64,000 nucleotides of DNA from Geosiphon pyriformis uo1. Its lineage: Eukaryota; Fungi; Glomeromycota. The stretch lies in contig JAAOMT010000328.1 of NCBI GenBank assembly GCA_016748015.1, positions 636,955 to 700,954 of the forward strand, given 5' to 3'. The translations under genes and the position numbers were made by a program. The notes beneath the pieces were generated by a model. It did not search any database, was not told the DNA's origin, and saw only the letters and a list, made by a program, of their open reading frames with translations. Shown here one piece after another: positions 25,205 to 37,703 of the stretch; the stretch's first letter is position 1, and the number at the start of each line of letters is the position of its first letter.

Positions 25205-28200
25205 TAAAAAATTTCTTTTTTTCTTATATCTAAAATTTTTCAAAGAGCATTTTTTCAAAAAAAAAGTTTTTATTTTTTTTAATTATATTTCTTTCAATAT
25301 TTTTTAAGCTAATAATCCTTTTGTAATAAATTTAAAATCTGCTTTAAATAGCAATATATCTAAGAAAAAAGTGCCCAAAAGGGCTCTTTATGATTCTGTT
25401 GGTGGTATTTTTTCTCAGAAAAAGAGAATTTCTATGAGCAATATTAAACATTTTGGTAATAAAAAAAATTTTTTTGGTTAAATTTGGTCTTAATAGTAAT
25501 ATGTATTCGAATATAAATAGTGAGTCTAGTGACAATAAAATTAATAATACTATAATAAGATCTAATAATGGTTTTTTTTTGGCTTAGCTATAACAACTTT
25601 TAAAACTAAAAGATTTAATACTGGTTTAAATGATGGTTTTTTTATTAGTATAATTAACTTTGGAATAAATAAAAATATAAATTTCTTCCCTTTTTTTTTT
25701 AATATTTCTCTTAACAAAAAATAAATTGACCTTAAAATAATAAAGATTTAGGTTAAGATGGCTGTTAAAAAATTTTTTATATTAGATATTAATTTTTTAG
25801 TTATGGAAAAAAAATTAACAATAACAAAAACTCAGTTTATTAAAAAATTTTTTTATCAATTAATGGTTTTAGAAAGACCACTATTTCTTTAAAATTTAAA
25901 AAGATTATTAGATTAATATTTACTTTAGAAGAAAACATAGAAAAGATTGTATTATTGACCAGAAAAAAAAATTTATCATAAACAATAATGTTAAAAAACA
26001 AGAATTTCATTTAAATCAGACTATGGTTATTAAAAAATTCTTATAGATATACCAAAAAAAATAATTATTATTACAGTATTTGAATTTAGTTAAATTGTGT
26101 TCATTAAATTGTAATTTATTGAGCTGTGGCAGAAGACTATAGTAAAATTTACTGAATTGGCTCAAGCAGATTAATTAATGACTAAATAGTTATTTTTAAT
26201 TGGAAAAAATTCAATATGTGTGACAAAAACTGTAAAAAATTGTAAAGTTTAAATGTTAAGAAATTAGTTTAAGACATTTCTGTTTACTCTATCTGTAAGA
26301 ACAACTGTTTATAATTTTGGTGGTTTATTAAAAAAACTGATGAGAAAACTTGTATTATTAACTATTTATTTGAATTTAACAATAGAGTTTACTATGTAGT
26401 AATTAAATTTGATTTAGAAAAAAAATTGAAATCAGCTTTTCATATGAAGCTTATTCTAGATGATATCAAATTATCTTGGGTTAAAATAAATCTGGTTGTT
26501 GTAAAAAATATGGGCATTTCAGTTATTTATCTCTTAAATGTGATTTTTCAGGCCCATTTGTCTTTATTTTAAAAAAGTCTATAAAAAAAATGTTTTAAAC
26601 AAGAACTATCTTTAATTGGCTTATTTTTACATAAAAAAAATGTTTTTATTACCTGCTCTGCTGCCTTTAATGGCAAATTTTGGGCACAAATAGTCTTTTT
26701 AATTGTCAATTCTGCTGGTATTCACTTTGGTTTTCTCTTTAAGTCTTCTTTTTTTAGTGGTTTTTATTTTGACAATGTTTTTCTAATATTATATAACATA
26801 TTTTCTATTAGTGATTGGCTAATTTCTTTAGAATTATTAGCTAATTAGATATTGATAATTGTATGCAAGCTAAGTAGTATAAAATTAGTACTTTTTATAT
26901 TTGTTTTCTCTCCTTTTTCTTCTACATTGATAGATTTTTTGGCTTTTGGTGCAAATATAACTTCAAATTTGGTTACAAACACTTTTATAATATCTTTTTT
27001 TTACATGAAATTGAATGTGGTTCTGAATAATTCACAAGGTTTGTTTATCTTTTTTTTATTAATAATAGCAGAGATTTTAGTTTTGGGCTTGAATAGTTTA
27101 AAGATTTTGACCATTAAAATTGAAGATCTGGAATTTAAGATGATTGCTCTTAAAGTTTCTATTAGCTTAGTTTTAACTAAGTTAAATCAGTTGTATACTA
27201 GCTCAGATTTCTTATCACTTTTTTATTTCAATAACTAATTTGATTTGGAAGTTTGCTATATGCAATATTAAATGCATAAACAATTCTACTAAACAAAAAA
27301 ATGTTATTTATTAATACAGAATCAAGAGTAATTTAATATCTATTGTTATTAAAACAAAGCTAAAAAAGAGAATTCATTCTTGAATAACAAGCAAATTTAA
27401 TAGAATTAAGATCTTTATCTTGAGTATTGATTCTAATTACCTGAATTCTGATATTGCTATAATAATTAATAGTAACATTGCTAAACATATTTACAAAATT
27501 TCAAAAATAACTGATTGGCTTTTGTTAATATGTCTGCTGTTTAAAAATAGTCTTCTTGTTTTTATTATGCATTTATACACTGGAGCTATTTTGGAAAAAA
27601 ATTTGATTTAGTCTTGTAAAATTAATTCAATGATGGCTAAAACTTTAAACAATAGTGCTTTTATGGTTCTTGATAATAACTTTAATTGAAATAATTCTGG
27701 TTGTAGTATAAGTTTCAAAAATTTTTTGAATATAAGATTATACAACTTTTTAAGTGGTTTTTTAGTATACAAGATATCTATGTGGTCCAATTCTAAGGAT
27801 ATTAATAAGTATATAAACTTTATTTTAGTTAGTAATAATCTTTAGAGTTAATTTATTAATTAACAGATTTATAGTCTAAACGAGTTTTTCAATATTAATA
27901 ATATGATTGTTTCAGTGAACATTGGTTTGGAAAAATTTCTGAGCTTTTAACTTATTTTAATGTACAAACAGACTGTCAAAAATAGATGAAAATTCAAAGT
28001 CAGTAGTATTGGCAAAGAAATCTAAAAAAAATTTGAAAATTTGTTACTAGTTATTGCTATGGCTGCTGCCAATAACTTTAAAAGCTATAAAAAAAGATTT
28101 GACATTAATAGAATATAAAGACTGCTTAACCAAATGATATTTTCTGCTGCCAAAACTGCTTTTTTGAAAACATAATACAGAAATAAAAATGCAATCAAAT

Positions 28201-30517
28201 GTACTGTATCTTTTAGTTTTTACAAGCTAGAATTGTTAATATTTAGGATATTAAAAACATGTAAATTAGATGATTTAAAAAATTTTCAGGCTTTGTTTAA
28301 CAAATAGTTGAATTGAATTCTAACCAAATAGCTGAGTTTAAAAAAATTTTTAATAACAACTGTAGCAAAATTTTGATTAAACAATCATTGACTTATTTTA
28401 GGAAGTATTATAAATTTTATAAAATATCAGAAGTTAAGGCAATTAAAAACTTTTGTATTAAGACTACTATTATTAAATACATAAAAGTTTTTGTCAGTAA
28501 CAAAAGTCAGATAATAAAAAACATGCTAGAACAGCTTTTTAGAAAGATTGTACTGAATTTTTTGGTCGATAATAGTGATTTAGTTTTGAAATCCAATTTG
28601 GTTAAGTGCAGAGTTGATTTAATTATAGAAAATTGAACCAGAAAATATACTGTTAAGAATTTTATTCTTCTTTATTGGCAGAAACAATTAGTGTTCTTTG
28701 ACTATGTTAAAAATATTTTCTGGTATTATAGAAATTATTGGTCTTGACAAATTTTTGTTGGTGGTTAAGAATCTCTCCAATAATAAAGCTTTAAACTGTT
28801 TAATATTTTTAATAAGATGTAGAAGTATTATAACAAACATGTTTTGCTTCTTTTTTAAGTTTACTTAATTTGTGCTTGGTAACAAAATTTGTTTTTAATG
28901 TTTGGAAGAAAGCTTGAATATTAATAATTTCAAAGTCTTATAAATAGGAAAGAGTTTTGACAAATACTAGATTAATTGCTCTTATTAAAACCATGAGAAA
29001 AATTTTCTTAAAAGTTTTATTTGATCAGATATCTAAGATTTGCAGTAAGAATAGTGTTTGCATGGAAACAATTTTTTGGTTTTGAAAAATATGTTAACTC
29101 AATCTCCTATTTTCACTGTTGGTTTTGTGGTAAAGATATCTTAAAAAAGAGAAAAAAAATCTGATTAGTGCTTTAAAATATGTATAAAGTTTATAATTTA
29201 GTAAAACAATCATATTTGGAAGGAAGTTTGAAAAAAATCAAGATATGTATAAAGATTATTAAGTTTTATGATCATATTTATAACAGCCACAAAAATAGAA
29301 TAATAATAAATTTTGGTTTGTTTAAAGATTACATAATTAATAATGAACTAGATTAAGGTAAAGTTTTTTTGTCTTTTCTTTAAAAAAATTTTTATAATTT
29401 TTTTTTGTGTAAAGTAAAAAAACATAACTCAATTTTTAAATACTATATGAATTTCAAATTTGTTGTTAGAACTAACAGAATTGAATCTAATGTAAATTTG
29501 ATTTTTTTTTTGGCTGTTGGTATTTTTGTAAATAATACAATCTGAATTGACAATTATTGTACAGCTATACAAAATATTTTGAACATTGCCAGTAAGTTTT
29601 TTAATATTATAAACATTTTAATAAACACAGAAAAGACAGTAACTATTTTAATATATCCAAAATTTAGTAGTGTTTCTTTAAGTAGAAGTGAATTTCTTAT
29701 TTTAATTACTAAAGCTGGTAAAACTCATTAGTATTTGGGTATTTTTTTGTTAACTAAAAATCTCTTTGGTCTAAGTATAAAGAAAGCCAACTTGGATGTA
29801 AAGTTTTTTTTATTAATAATCTTGTATAAAATTATATCAAACAAACAGTTTTTTTATTTGGTTATAGCAGTTTTACAATTAATTATTGAATACAAAACTC
29901 AATTTAGTTTTGTTAATAAGAGTACATATAACAAATAAAACTGTTTAATTGAAAAAAATTTGAAAGCCAAGGCCAATCTACTAAGTGATTTTCTTAATAA
30001 GACTATGTATTATCTATTATTGTACAATTTAAAATTTTTTAATCAGATCCAAATAAAAAGAAAGATGGCATCAGTTATGAGTTTTGCTAATATTAAAGGT
30101 GTTTTAAATTGGCTTTTCGACACAAGTTGTTAAATTTACAGGTATTAAATTGGGTTTTTTAGAATATTTTTCAATTTTCTGTCAAGTTAAAAGTTAACTC
30201 TGCAAACAATTTTCTTGTTAGTATAACTCAAATTTTTTTACACAATAATATCTCTCTAAATAATGGTTTACCTAATATTTTTTGTCTTAAAAAAAAAGTT
30301 TTTGTTATAGATATTTTGGATTAGATAAAATATTTTCAAATTTTTAGATCTTTTAAGTATTTTGACATAATTTTTGCAAATCAGTTTTTAAACAGTCATG
30401 GTAAATGTTTTTTAAAAAAAATTTTTACCATTGAAAGTAGTTGGATTTTAAGAGTCTGATTTTTTTTTGGTTTGTACAAGTTTTGGAGTTTGTCAAGAAT
30501 AATGGTTTGGTTCATAG
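25205..30517 (+). mobile_element. Degenerate LINE (5'UTR, ORF1, ORF2 APE-RT), interrupted by element C; continues at 40674-~40960
   Basis: Collinear with LINE 45986-52794: similar 5' end, ORF1 KKKVPKRA..GGIFSQKK, and APE/RT remnants. Confidence 0.88.
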
Positions 30518-31400
30518 TGTTACTCATAAAAAGAAAACAGATAGAGAAAATAACAGACCAATAAGAAAATAGTATTTAGCATGTGAGCACATTGCTTAGC
30601 AATATGAAGCAATGTCAGAAATTATGGCACATTGCTCAGCAAGGTGGAGCAATGTCAGAAAACATGGCACATTACTCAGCAATATGGAGCAATATTAGAA
30701 AATTAGAGCACATCATTCAGCAATGTGAGCATTGCTTAAGAAATCATAGCATATTGCTTGGAAATGTAAACGATCTTGTAGAACATCAATTATGTATATA
30801 TAATAGTAGCGTTAAAAGTAGAAAAAGCAGAATCCATCAGTTAGAAACCTTCTATATTACAAATATCAATAAATAATTATTCACTATTTCAATTCACTCT
30901 TCACTATCAGCACTTCATGTTGATAGTAATTAATACTTAACCACACTGGAACAATAGCTCTTGATCATGGCTATTGACGGGATACTAACTTGCAAATCAC
31001 CTTGGCTTATTTTTTACATTTCTTTATTTTCTTCTATTTCTTTTATTTGATTTTGTTGTATATTAATTGATTAAAAGCACTGAATTATTGATGTCATGGA
31101 TAGCTTGATAAAAGACCCAGAGATAAGAGTAGCATTATATATATTATTGGATAGCTTACCAGAAGAGCACAACTGCCAGAATAAATCTGGCCACCAAGCT
31201 GAGAAAAAAATTGGGAAACAACTTATACAAACTAACTGTGAATAACATCAACAAAAAATCTCTGTCCATTATACAAAGAACTCAACTCCAAAACCTTCAG
31301 ATACAACCAACATACCAGTATTACCAGTATTATCAATCAATTGAGCACCAAGTTATGGGTTTGTTATTTGCTATAAGACTCCAAATAAGCACCTGTAACA
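30518..31400 (+). repeat. 5' LTR of element C (U3 has ~40-bp tandem repeats at 30587-30765; TATA-like at ~30794; AATAAA at ~30868)
   Basis: Direct repeat of 39791-40673 with the same length. Confidence 0.96.
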
Positions 31401-31402
31401 TT

Positions 31403-31418
31403 TGGTGCTCCCTGTGAG
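31403..31418 (+). promoter_or_regulatory. Primer-binding site TGGTGCTCCCTGTGAG (probably tRNA-Ile(UAU))
   Basis: Directly after the LTR. Its complement CTCACAGGGAGCA-CCA resembles the 3' end of eukaryotic tRNA-Ile(UAU) (e.g. CTCACCTGGAGCA). Variants occur at 2201 and 54425. Confidence 0.7.
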
Positions 31419-31461
31419 ATATAATCTTACAGAGAACCAGCACCAACAACTCCATCCAAAA

Positions 31462-34400
31462 GTGGCAGAATCAGAAAACATAGGAGCAAACCATTTAGGA
31501 TTCACAAAATTCTTATTTTAACACTACTGTCAACACTTGGGATTAACCCCGAATCACATATTAGCAGAATCAGTCTTCAACTTTTACATCAATGAAAAAA
31601 TTGCCTACTTATTAGGAACAGCAACAAATACTGAATCAGCAAGAGAAACTTTTTACAACAAATTAATCCAAAACAGCAGCTTACCAACAAACTATAATTT
31701 TGCATCTATCATTACTGAGATTAATAAAGAAATTGAACATCACATCCAACAGAGATACTCAATTATCTATGCAAGTAAAGACAAAGGGAAACTACAAATA
31801 CCAGTAGTAATACCCAAAGAAATACAACCACCCACTTGAAAGAAACACAGAGTTGAATCACCTACCAATCCATCATATCATTATACTCCTGGAAGCACCA
31901 TCAATATCGCATCAACAGGTGCGTCCACATCGAATGTGACATCAACATTTGGATGATTCCTATTTCAAAGTAAACAAAGAAAAGAAGACTTATTAGGACC
32001 ATATGGCGCATATTTTGAAGGATTTAAATCATGATCACCAACATCATCAGGATTTTGATCACTGCCACTTTAACCAGATTTCAGAACCGTGAGTCCTTGG
32101 GAAGTCACAGAATCAGAAAGAAAACAAGAAAAAGAGGAAGAAGAATCTGAGGATCAGGAATTTACATACCAAAACCCGATCCCAGAAAACCCAAAATTTA
32201 AAACCCCAAACATTCAAACTTCAAAAAATCCAAACCAAGAAAATCCGGAAATCAAAATGCCAAATTTTCAAGCTTAGCCAAATCAGAACAACCAAAACTC
32301 CAACTTAATTAATCAACAAAACTTACCTCTAGTAATTGTCATTGATCAACTACCAATTAATCCAATAGCCAAACCTATACAACAACTGCTTCAACAGCCA
32401 CCACAACAACCCAACTTAGACCCAATAGCCTACACACCAATTGCAAAACTTGACAATTTTATCAGCAAAGAGGACGACGCTCAAGTATGGCTGAATGACG
32501 TGGAAAAAGCCATTGCAGCCAACAGATGGAATAACACCCAAGCAATGCAAGTCATTCCCTACTTCCTCAAGGATACCACTGATTCATGGTATCAGAGCTT
32601 GATTAATAAACCACAAGACTTCAATATTTTCAAAGTGGAATTTTTAAGATACTTCAGCAACAATAACAGTATTAATTGCCTAGTCAATACATTTACCACC
32701 ATAAAGCAAGGAGAAACTGAAGCAGTTACTACTTACCTAGAATGCTTCCATAGAAACCTGTGCCAAATTCAAGCAATTAATGCCAACTATTTTACAACAC
32801 CACAGATTCTCAACCAGTTTATCCATGGTTTGCACAGCAGTATCTTGCAACATGTACATCTATTGCATCTAGGCACCCTTCAAGACGCAGTTACCCACAC
32901 CAGAGATTTTGAATCAGCTGAGTTAAAAGCCAACCACACCCAAGCCATTAATCTAGTGATGAACAGATTATCTGAATTGGATTCCAAATTGGAGAAATTC
33001 AGTAAAACAATTAATCAGAAGATAGAGAGATACTTAGTTAACAACAATCAGACAATTTATCAACCACCACAACAATGCAATAATTAAGGAAACTCTAATT
33101 ATCCACAGAACCAACCATGTCTATCTTCATCAACCAATCAACAGTGACAACAAGAAATGCATATCTGCTACTATTGTGGTAAACAAGGACATATCCAAAT
33201 CGACTGCCACCAGCATATAAATAACCAATGATCAGGAAATCAATATCAAAATCCTGATTGCTGGTTCCAATTTTGAATCATCAATCAAACTCAGCACAAT
33301 ATCAAACCACTTACCTGCTGATGATGCAGCAACCAATCTATCAACCATCAGCATATCAAAACCCAATTTATCAACCACAAACAATTTACCAGCCACAGCC
33401 ACCAGTAATATATTAACCACAGCCACAAGTAATCTATTAGCCTCAACAATCAATCCAAACACCACTCCAAAATCCAGCTCAAATGACATTAGGAGATCCC
33501 AGATCCAGAATCACCCAAAACTGGAGATCAGTAATGATCATTCACCAACCAATTCCCAGCTTTTTTTACCAATCCACTGGATCATGCTCTTGGAATTTGG
33601 GTACTGGTTTCAACCAAAACCCAAATTTCCAACACTATTTAAGTCTTCTGGTTACTCCAGAAAATGCCACCACCAACAATCCAGAACCCCATCAACAAAT
33701 AACACTTACCAACAACATCCCACCAGCAACCATTACCAACAATGAATCATTGGCCACCATCTTTCTCTTTGAACTCGAAGAAACCACAACAGTACTGCTA
33801 TTCAGTGGAGCTGCTCTAAAAGAAAAACCCATCACGGCTATGTACACTAATGCAAAAGTTAATGGACACTTCATCAAACTAATCTTAGATAGTGAATCAG
33901 CTGGCAGTATTATTACTAGACAACTCATGGATCAATTAGGTTGCTAAGTTGATCACACTGCCAGTGCCAGAATTATCACAGCTAATGGAGCAACCAAAAC
34001 ATCCATTAGAGAGATTAACAATTTATCCATAGAAGTCAATGGCATTATTATACCAATTAAGGTACTGGTAATGGAAGCCACCCAGTACCAAGCCCTCATT
34101 GGCAACAACTGGCTGTCTAAAGCCAGTGCCATTATGGACTGGAACACGCAAAAGGTTTAACTCAGTCAACATAACCAACATACAAAAGTACCAGCCATCT
34201 GTGGTCACTTTAAATCAAATTATTTCTCCACACTATTGATTGAATTGGAAGAAGAAAAACTGAAACCTACCTGGGAGGTGTACCAAGTGTTGTGGGCCAA
34301 CAATGACCACAACAAACTGCTGCCAATACTATTGTGGGACAAGCCAGTAAAAGGAAAACAAAGAGAAGAACCCACCTGGGAAACTAACAATCTGACATAA

Positions 34401-37400
34401 ACTGACAATAATGACAGTGAACTGACAGTAAATTGGGAGTGGGAAGAAGATAAAGGAAGAGACAAAGGGAAAGGGAAAGAAAAAGACACTACCCAAGCCA
34501 ACAATACTTATATTCCAAACACTTACACTCCACCACAACAGTTTACCTATCGCTAACCCAAATTAATATGCATTAATTGTGGCAAAAAATTGTCATCAAT
34601 GGGCACATGCTGTAGCAATAATGAAGAATATCAAATAGTGACCAAATTTTACTGTTATGTATGCATTATAGAATGCTTTGGACGACTGAAAAGACAAGAA
34701 AAATGGGACAACAAATCTTGTCTAGCTTGTGGTGAAACCTTACTTGATGAAGGAATGTGGAATGACATTTCTGGTCGAGGAGAAACATGCAACACTTTGT
34801 GTCAGTACACGATCCTCATCAGTGACTGGATCAAGAAAAGAACTCCAATAGAAGCTGCTTGGAGAAGAGCTGTGCAGTGATTAGACAGTTGCCCACACAA
34901 CAATGACAAGATCTGGAAAATGACAATGGCCAAGATAGAAGGAACATCACCTGAAAAAATCAGAGAAATCAAAAACAATCCACCAGAACCCATAAAACTT
35001 AACTGGGACTCAGAACCAGTCATAAATTTTCTAGATCCAGAACAATTTCATGAACACTACCAAAAGTTAGCACTCACAAGAGAAGAGCAAGAGCAATATC
35101 TAGAACAATTGAATACTCGACTATGTTAACACTGCCTAATTCCTTGTGACTTTCAATATTGTAATGAGTGTGACCTTATTTACAATCCACCATCATGCAT
35201 GATCTACACAATCTTAAAAGAAAACAAACCAATGAGCAGCTGCATGTCAAAATCGGAATCAGTTTTCAATTCCAATTCAAACTTTGACAATGACGACAAC
35301 AAAAATAATAGTTCCAGCTTCACTTCAATTAGCAACACAAATTATGACAATTCAAACTCTAATTCATACTCCAAAACATTTATCACACTTTCTGATCTTA
35401 CCAAGAAGCATGAACTGAAATGGTTCAGCGATAATAATGAAGGTATCATGCCTGAATATGTGCACAATACTGATGCAGAGTTTAATCTAAGATATCCAGA
35501 GAAAATTCTATTCAATTGGAACCATATTCACACACCTGCATTGATCTCAAGGTAGTATTGGAAATTCCAGCAACAATAATAGTTCAACTAGCATCCAAAA
35601 GTAGTTTAGCAAAAAAAGGGATAAACATTAGAGGAAGAATAATTAACATAGGATACATAGGAAATATCATTGCTATGCTACAAAATGATTCAGAAAAAGC
35701 ATATAGCATAGACCCAAATGAAAAAATAGCACAAGCAATATTCCTATTTCTGGTAAAAATAGCTCAGTTAGTGTCAGTGGGAAACAGGGAAGAATTAGGA
35801 ATTACAATTAGAGGGATACAAGGATTCGGATCAATGGGTAGAATAGATATACCAGTTAATATGACAGAGAAAAAAATTGTTGACAAAGGAGAAATTATCT
35901 CAACTCATCAATCAATCTCTATTCCACCATATGACCAGTATATGTTAGCCATAAAGAGAAAAGTGAAGAATCAAGCTCAATTGTTTGAAGCAGAAGCTAC
36001 TATTTGCAAATCAGGAGAAATTGGACTCACCAATCTCTACATATCAGCCAACAGCTCCAAAAATATCAAAATTCTCATCTACAACACAACGGAACATGTT
36101 ATTGAAATACCAAAAGGAACTGTCATTGGATATTTAACCACCAAAGTTGAAGACCAACCACCAAACCATATTCCAGATTTTCTACAGCTTTGTGGATATA
36201 TGGACATTACATCACAAACCATCTACAGACGAAGTGAATATTATTTGCTCCAACTGGGACAATTGGAACAAACAAACATGGGCAACTTAGATCCACTTTA
36301 ACAGATGCAGCTCAAAATGTTGCTCAACAATTTCAATGACATCTTTGCAAGCAAAAATGAATTTGGCCACACCAACATCATTCAGCATCAGATCAAGACT
36401 AAAGATACAATGCCAATTAAGCAAAGAGCATACAGAGTACTACCAGCTAGCCATAAGATCATTCATCAAGAAATCAACTAGATGCTTGACAATGGGCTAA
36501 TTCAGCCATCAATGAGTCCATGGTCATTACCAGTGGTACTGGTCCAGAAGAAAAATGGAAAAAATCCACTTTTGTGTGGATTATCAAAAACTGAATGGAG
36601 TAACTAAAGGTGATAGCTATCCAACTCCAAAGATCCAAGAACTATTTGACACTTTTGGAGGAAATAAATAGTTCTCAACATTAGATCTAAACAGTGGTTA
36701 CTGGCAAGTAGCTATAAATCTAGCTGACAAAGAGAAAACAGCATTTACCACAAAAGAAGGGAATTTTGAATTTGAAATCATGCCATTTGGCTTGATGAAT
36801 GCCCCAGCAACATTCCAATGGCTCATGAAAATTGTCTATACTAGACTACTATAGAAATTAGTAGTTGTATACTTGAATAACACTAATGTGTTCTCAAAAA
36901 CATTCGATAATCATCTATATCATCTTCAACAAGTGTTTGAAAGATTAAAAAGAGCTGAATTGAAACTAAATGCAACCAAATGTTTTTTTAAAAAAACTGA
37001 ACTCAAGTTTTTGGGACATATAGTAAGTAAAGATGGAATCAAAACAAATTCAGACAAGATAGAGATTGTCAAGAACTTTCTAGTACCAAATAATCTCACA
37101 GAATTAAAAGCATTCTTGGGATTTGCTGAATACTACTACCACTTCATTAAGGACTTTTCCAAAATAGCTCAACCACTACACCAACTCCAAACAAAGAATG
37201 TGAAGTACGAATAGACAGAAACCCAACAAGAAGCTTTTGACATATTAAGAAGAAAGCTTATCCAAGCTCCAGTATTGATGTATCCAGATCACAGCAAACC
37301 ATTCATTATTACTACCAATGTATCTGGCCAAGCATTGGGAGCAGTGCTGTTACAGAAAGGACCAGATGGAAGAGAACATCCAGTAGCTTATGCCAGTAGA

Positions 37401-37673
37401 AGCTTAAGTCCAGCTGAGAAGAACTATGAAACTCCAGCACTAAAACACTTAGCTATCTATTGGGCTGTCATCAAATAGAAGGAATACTTGAGTCAAAAGT
37501 TTGAAGTGTACACTGATCACAAAGGATTGACTTCAATTCAGAAACAAAAATTTGTAGATGATCACCATATCAGATGGAAAATAGAACTTTCACCATTTAA
37601 TTATACAGTACATTATAAAAAGGAAAAAAACAATGGAAATACTAATGAACTGTCATGAATAAGACAAATCTAA
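31462..37673 (+). pseudogene. Element C ORF1: Gag (capsid ~32420-33000, CCHC ~33166-33207), protease (LILDS ~33878), Cys-rich insert (~34560-35190), dUTPase (~35430-35850), RT (YLNN from YLDD ~36870), RNase H
   Basis: Motifs CYYCGKQGHIQIDC, DAEFNL, SKSSL, IINIGYIG, EKIAQ, RGIQGFGS, MPFGL and PVAYASR. Interrupted by transition-derived stops and a few 1-nt indels. Confidence 0.93.
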
Positions 37674-37703
37674 AAACATTTCAACCCAAAAATATAACAA
37701 AAG

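Noticed and set aside
30583-30876. 97-aa ORF in LTR C (and its 68-aa twin at 39856)
   Set aside because: Arises from U3 tandem repeats with a non-triplet period; it is not preserved between the two LTRs and is absent from other families.
30933-30949. ATACTTAACC..CTGG resembling the U1 snRNA 5' end
   Set aside because: Imperfect match with no U1 stem-loops or Sm site following.
31100-31210. Hairpin- or hammerhead-ribozyme resemblance (CTGGTA/ACCAGAAGAGCAC; CTGAGA)
   Set aside because: Required cores (GUAUAUUA loop B with N^GUC/AGAA loop A; CUGAnGA...GAAA) were not found by eye. Kept only as an unclassified structured RNA.
33260-33285. Possible programmed gag/pol frameshift after the zinc knuckle in C
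   Set aside because: B and A2 read through in frame here; C simply lacks one nucleotide.
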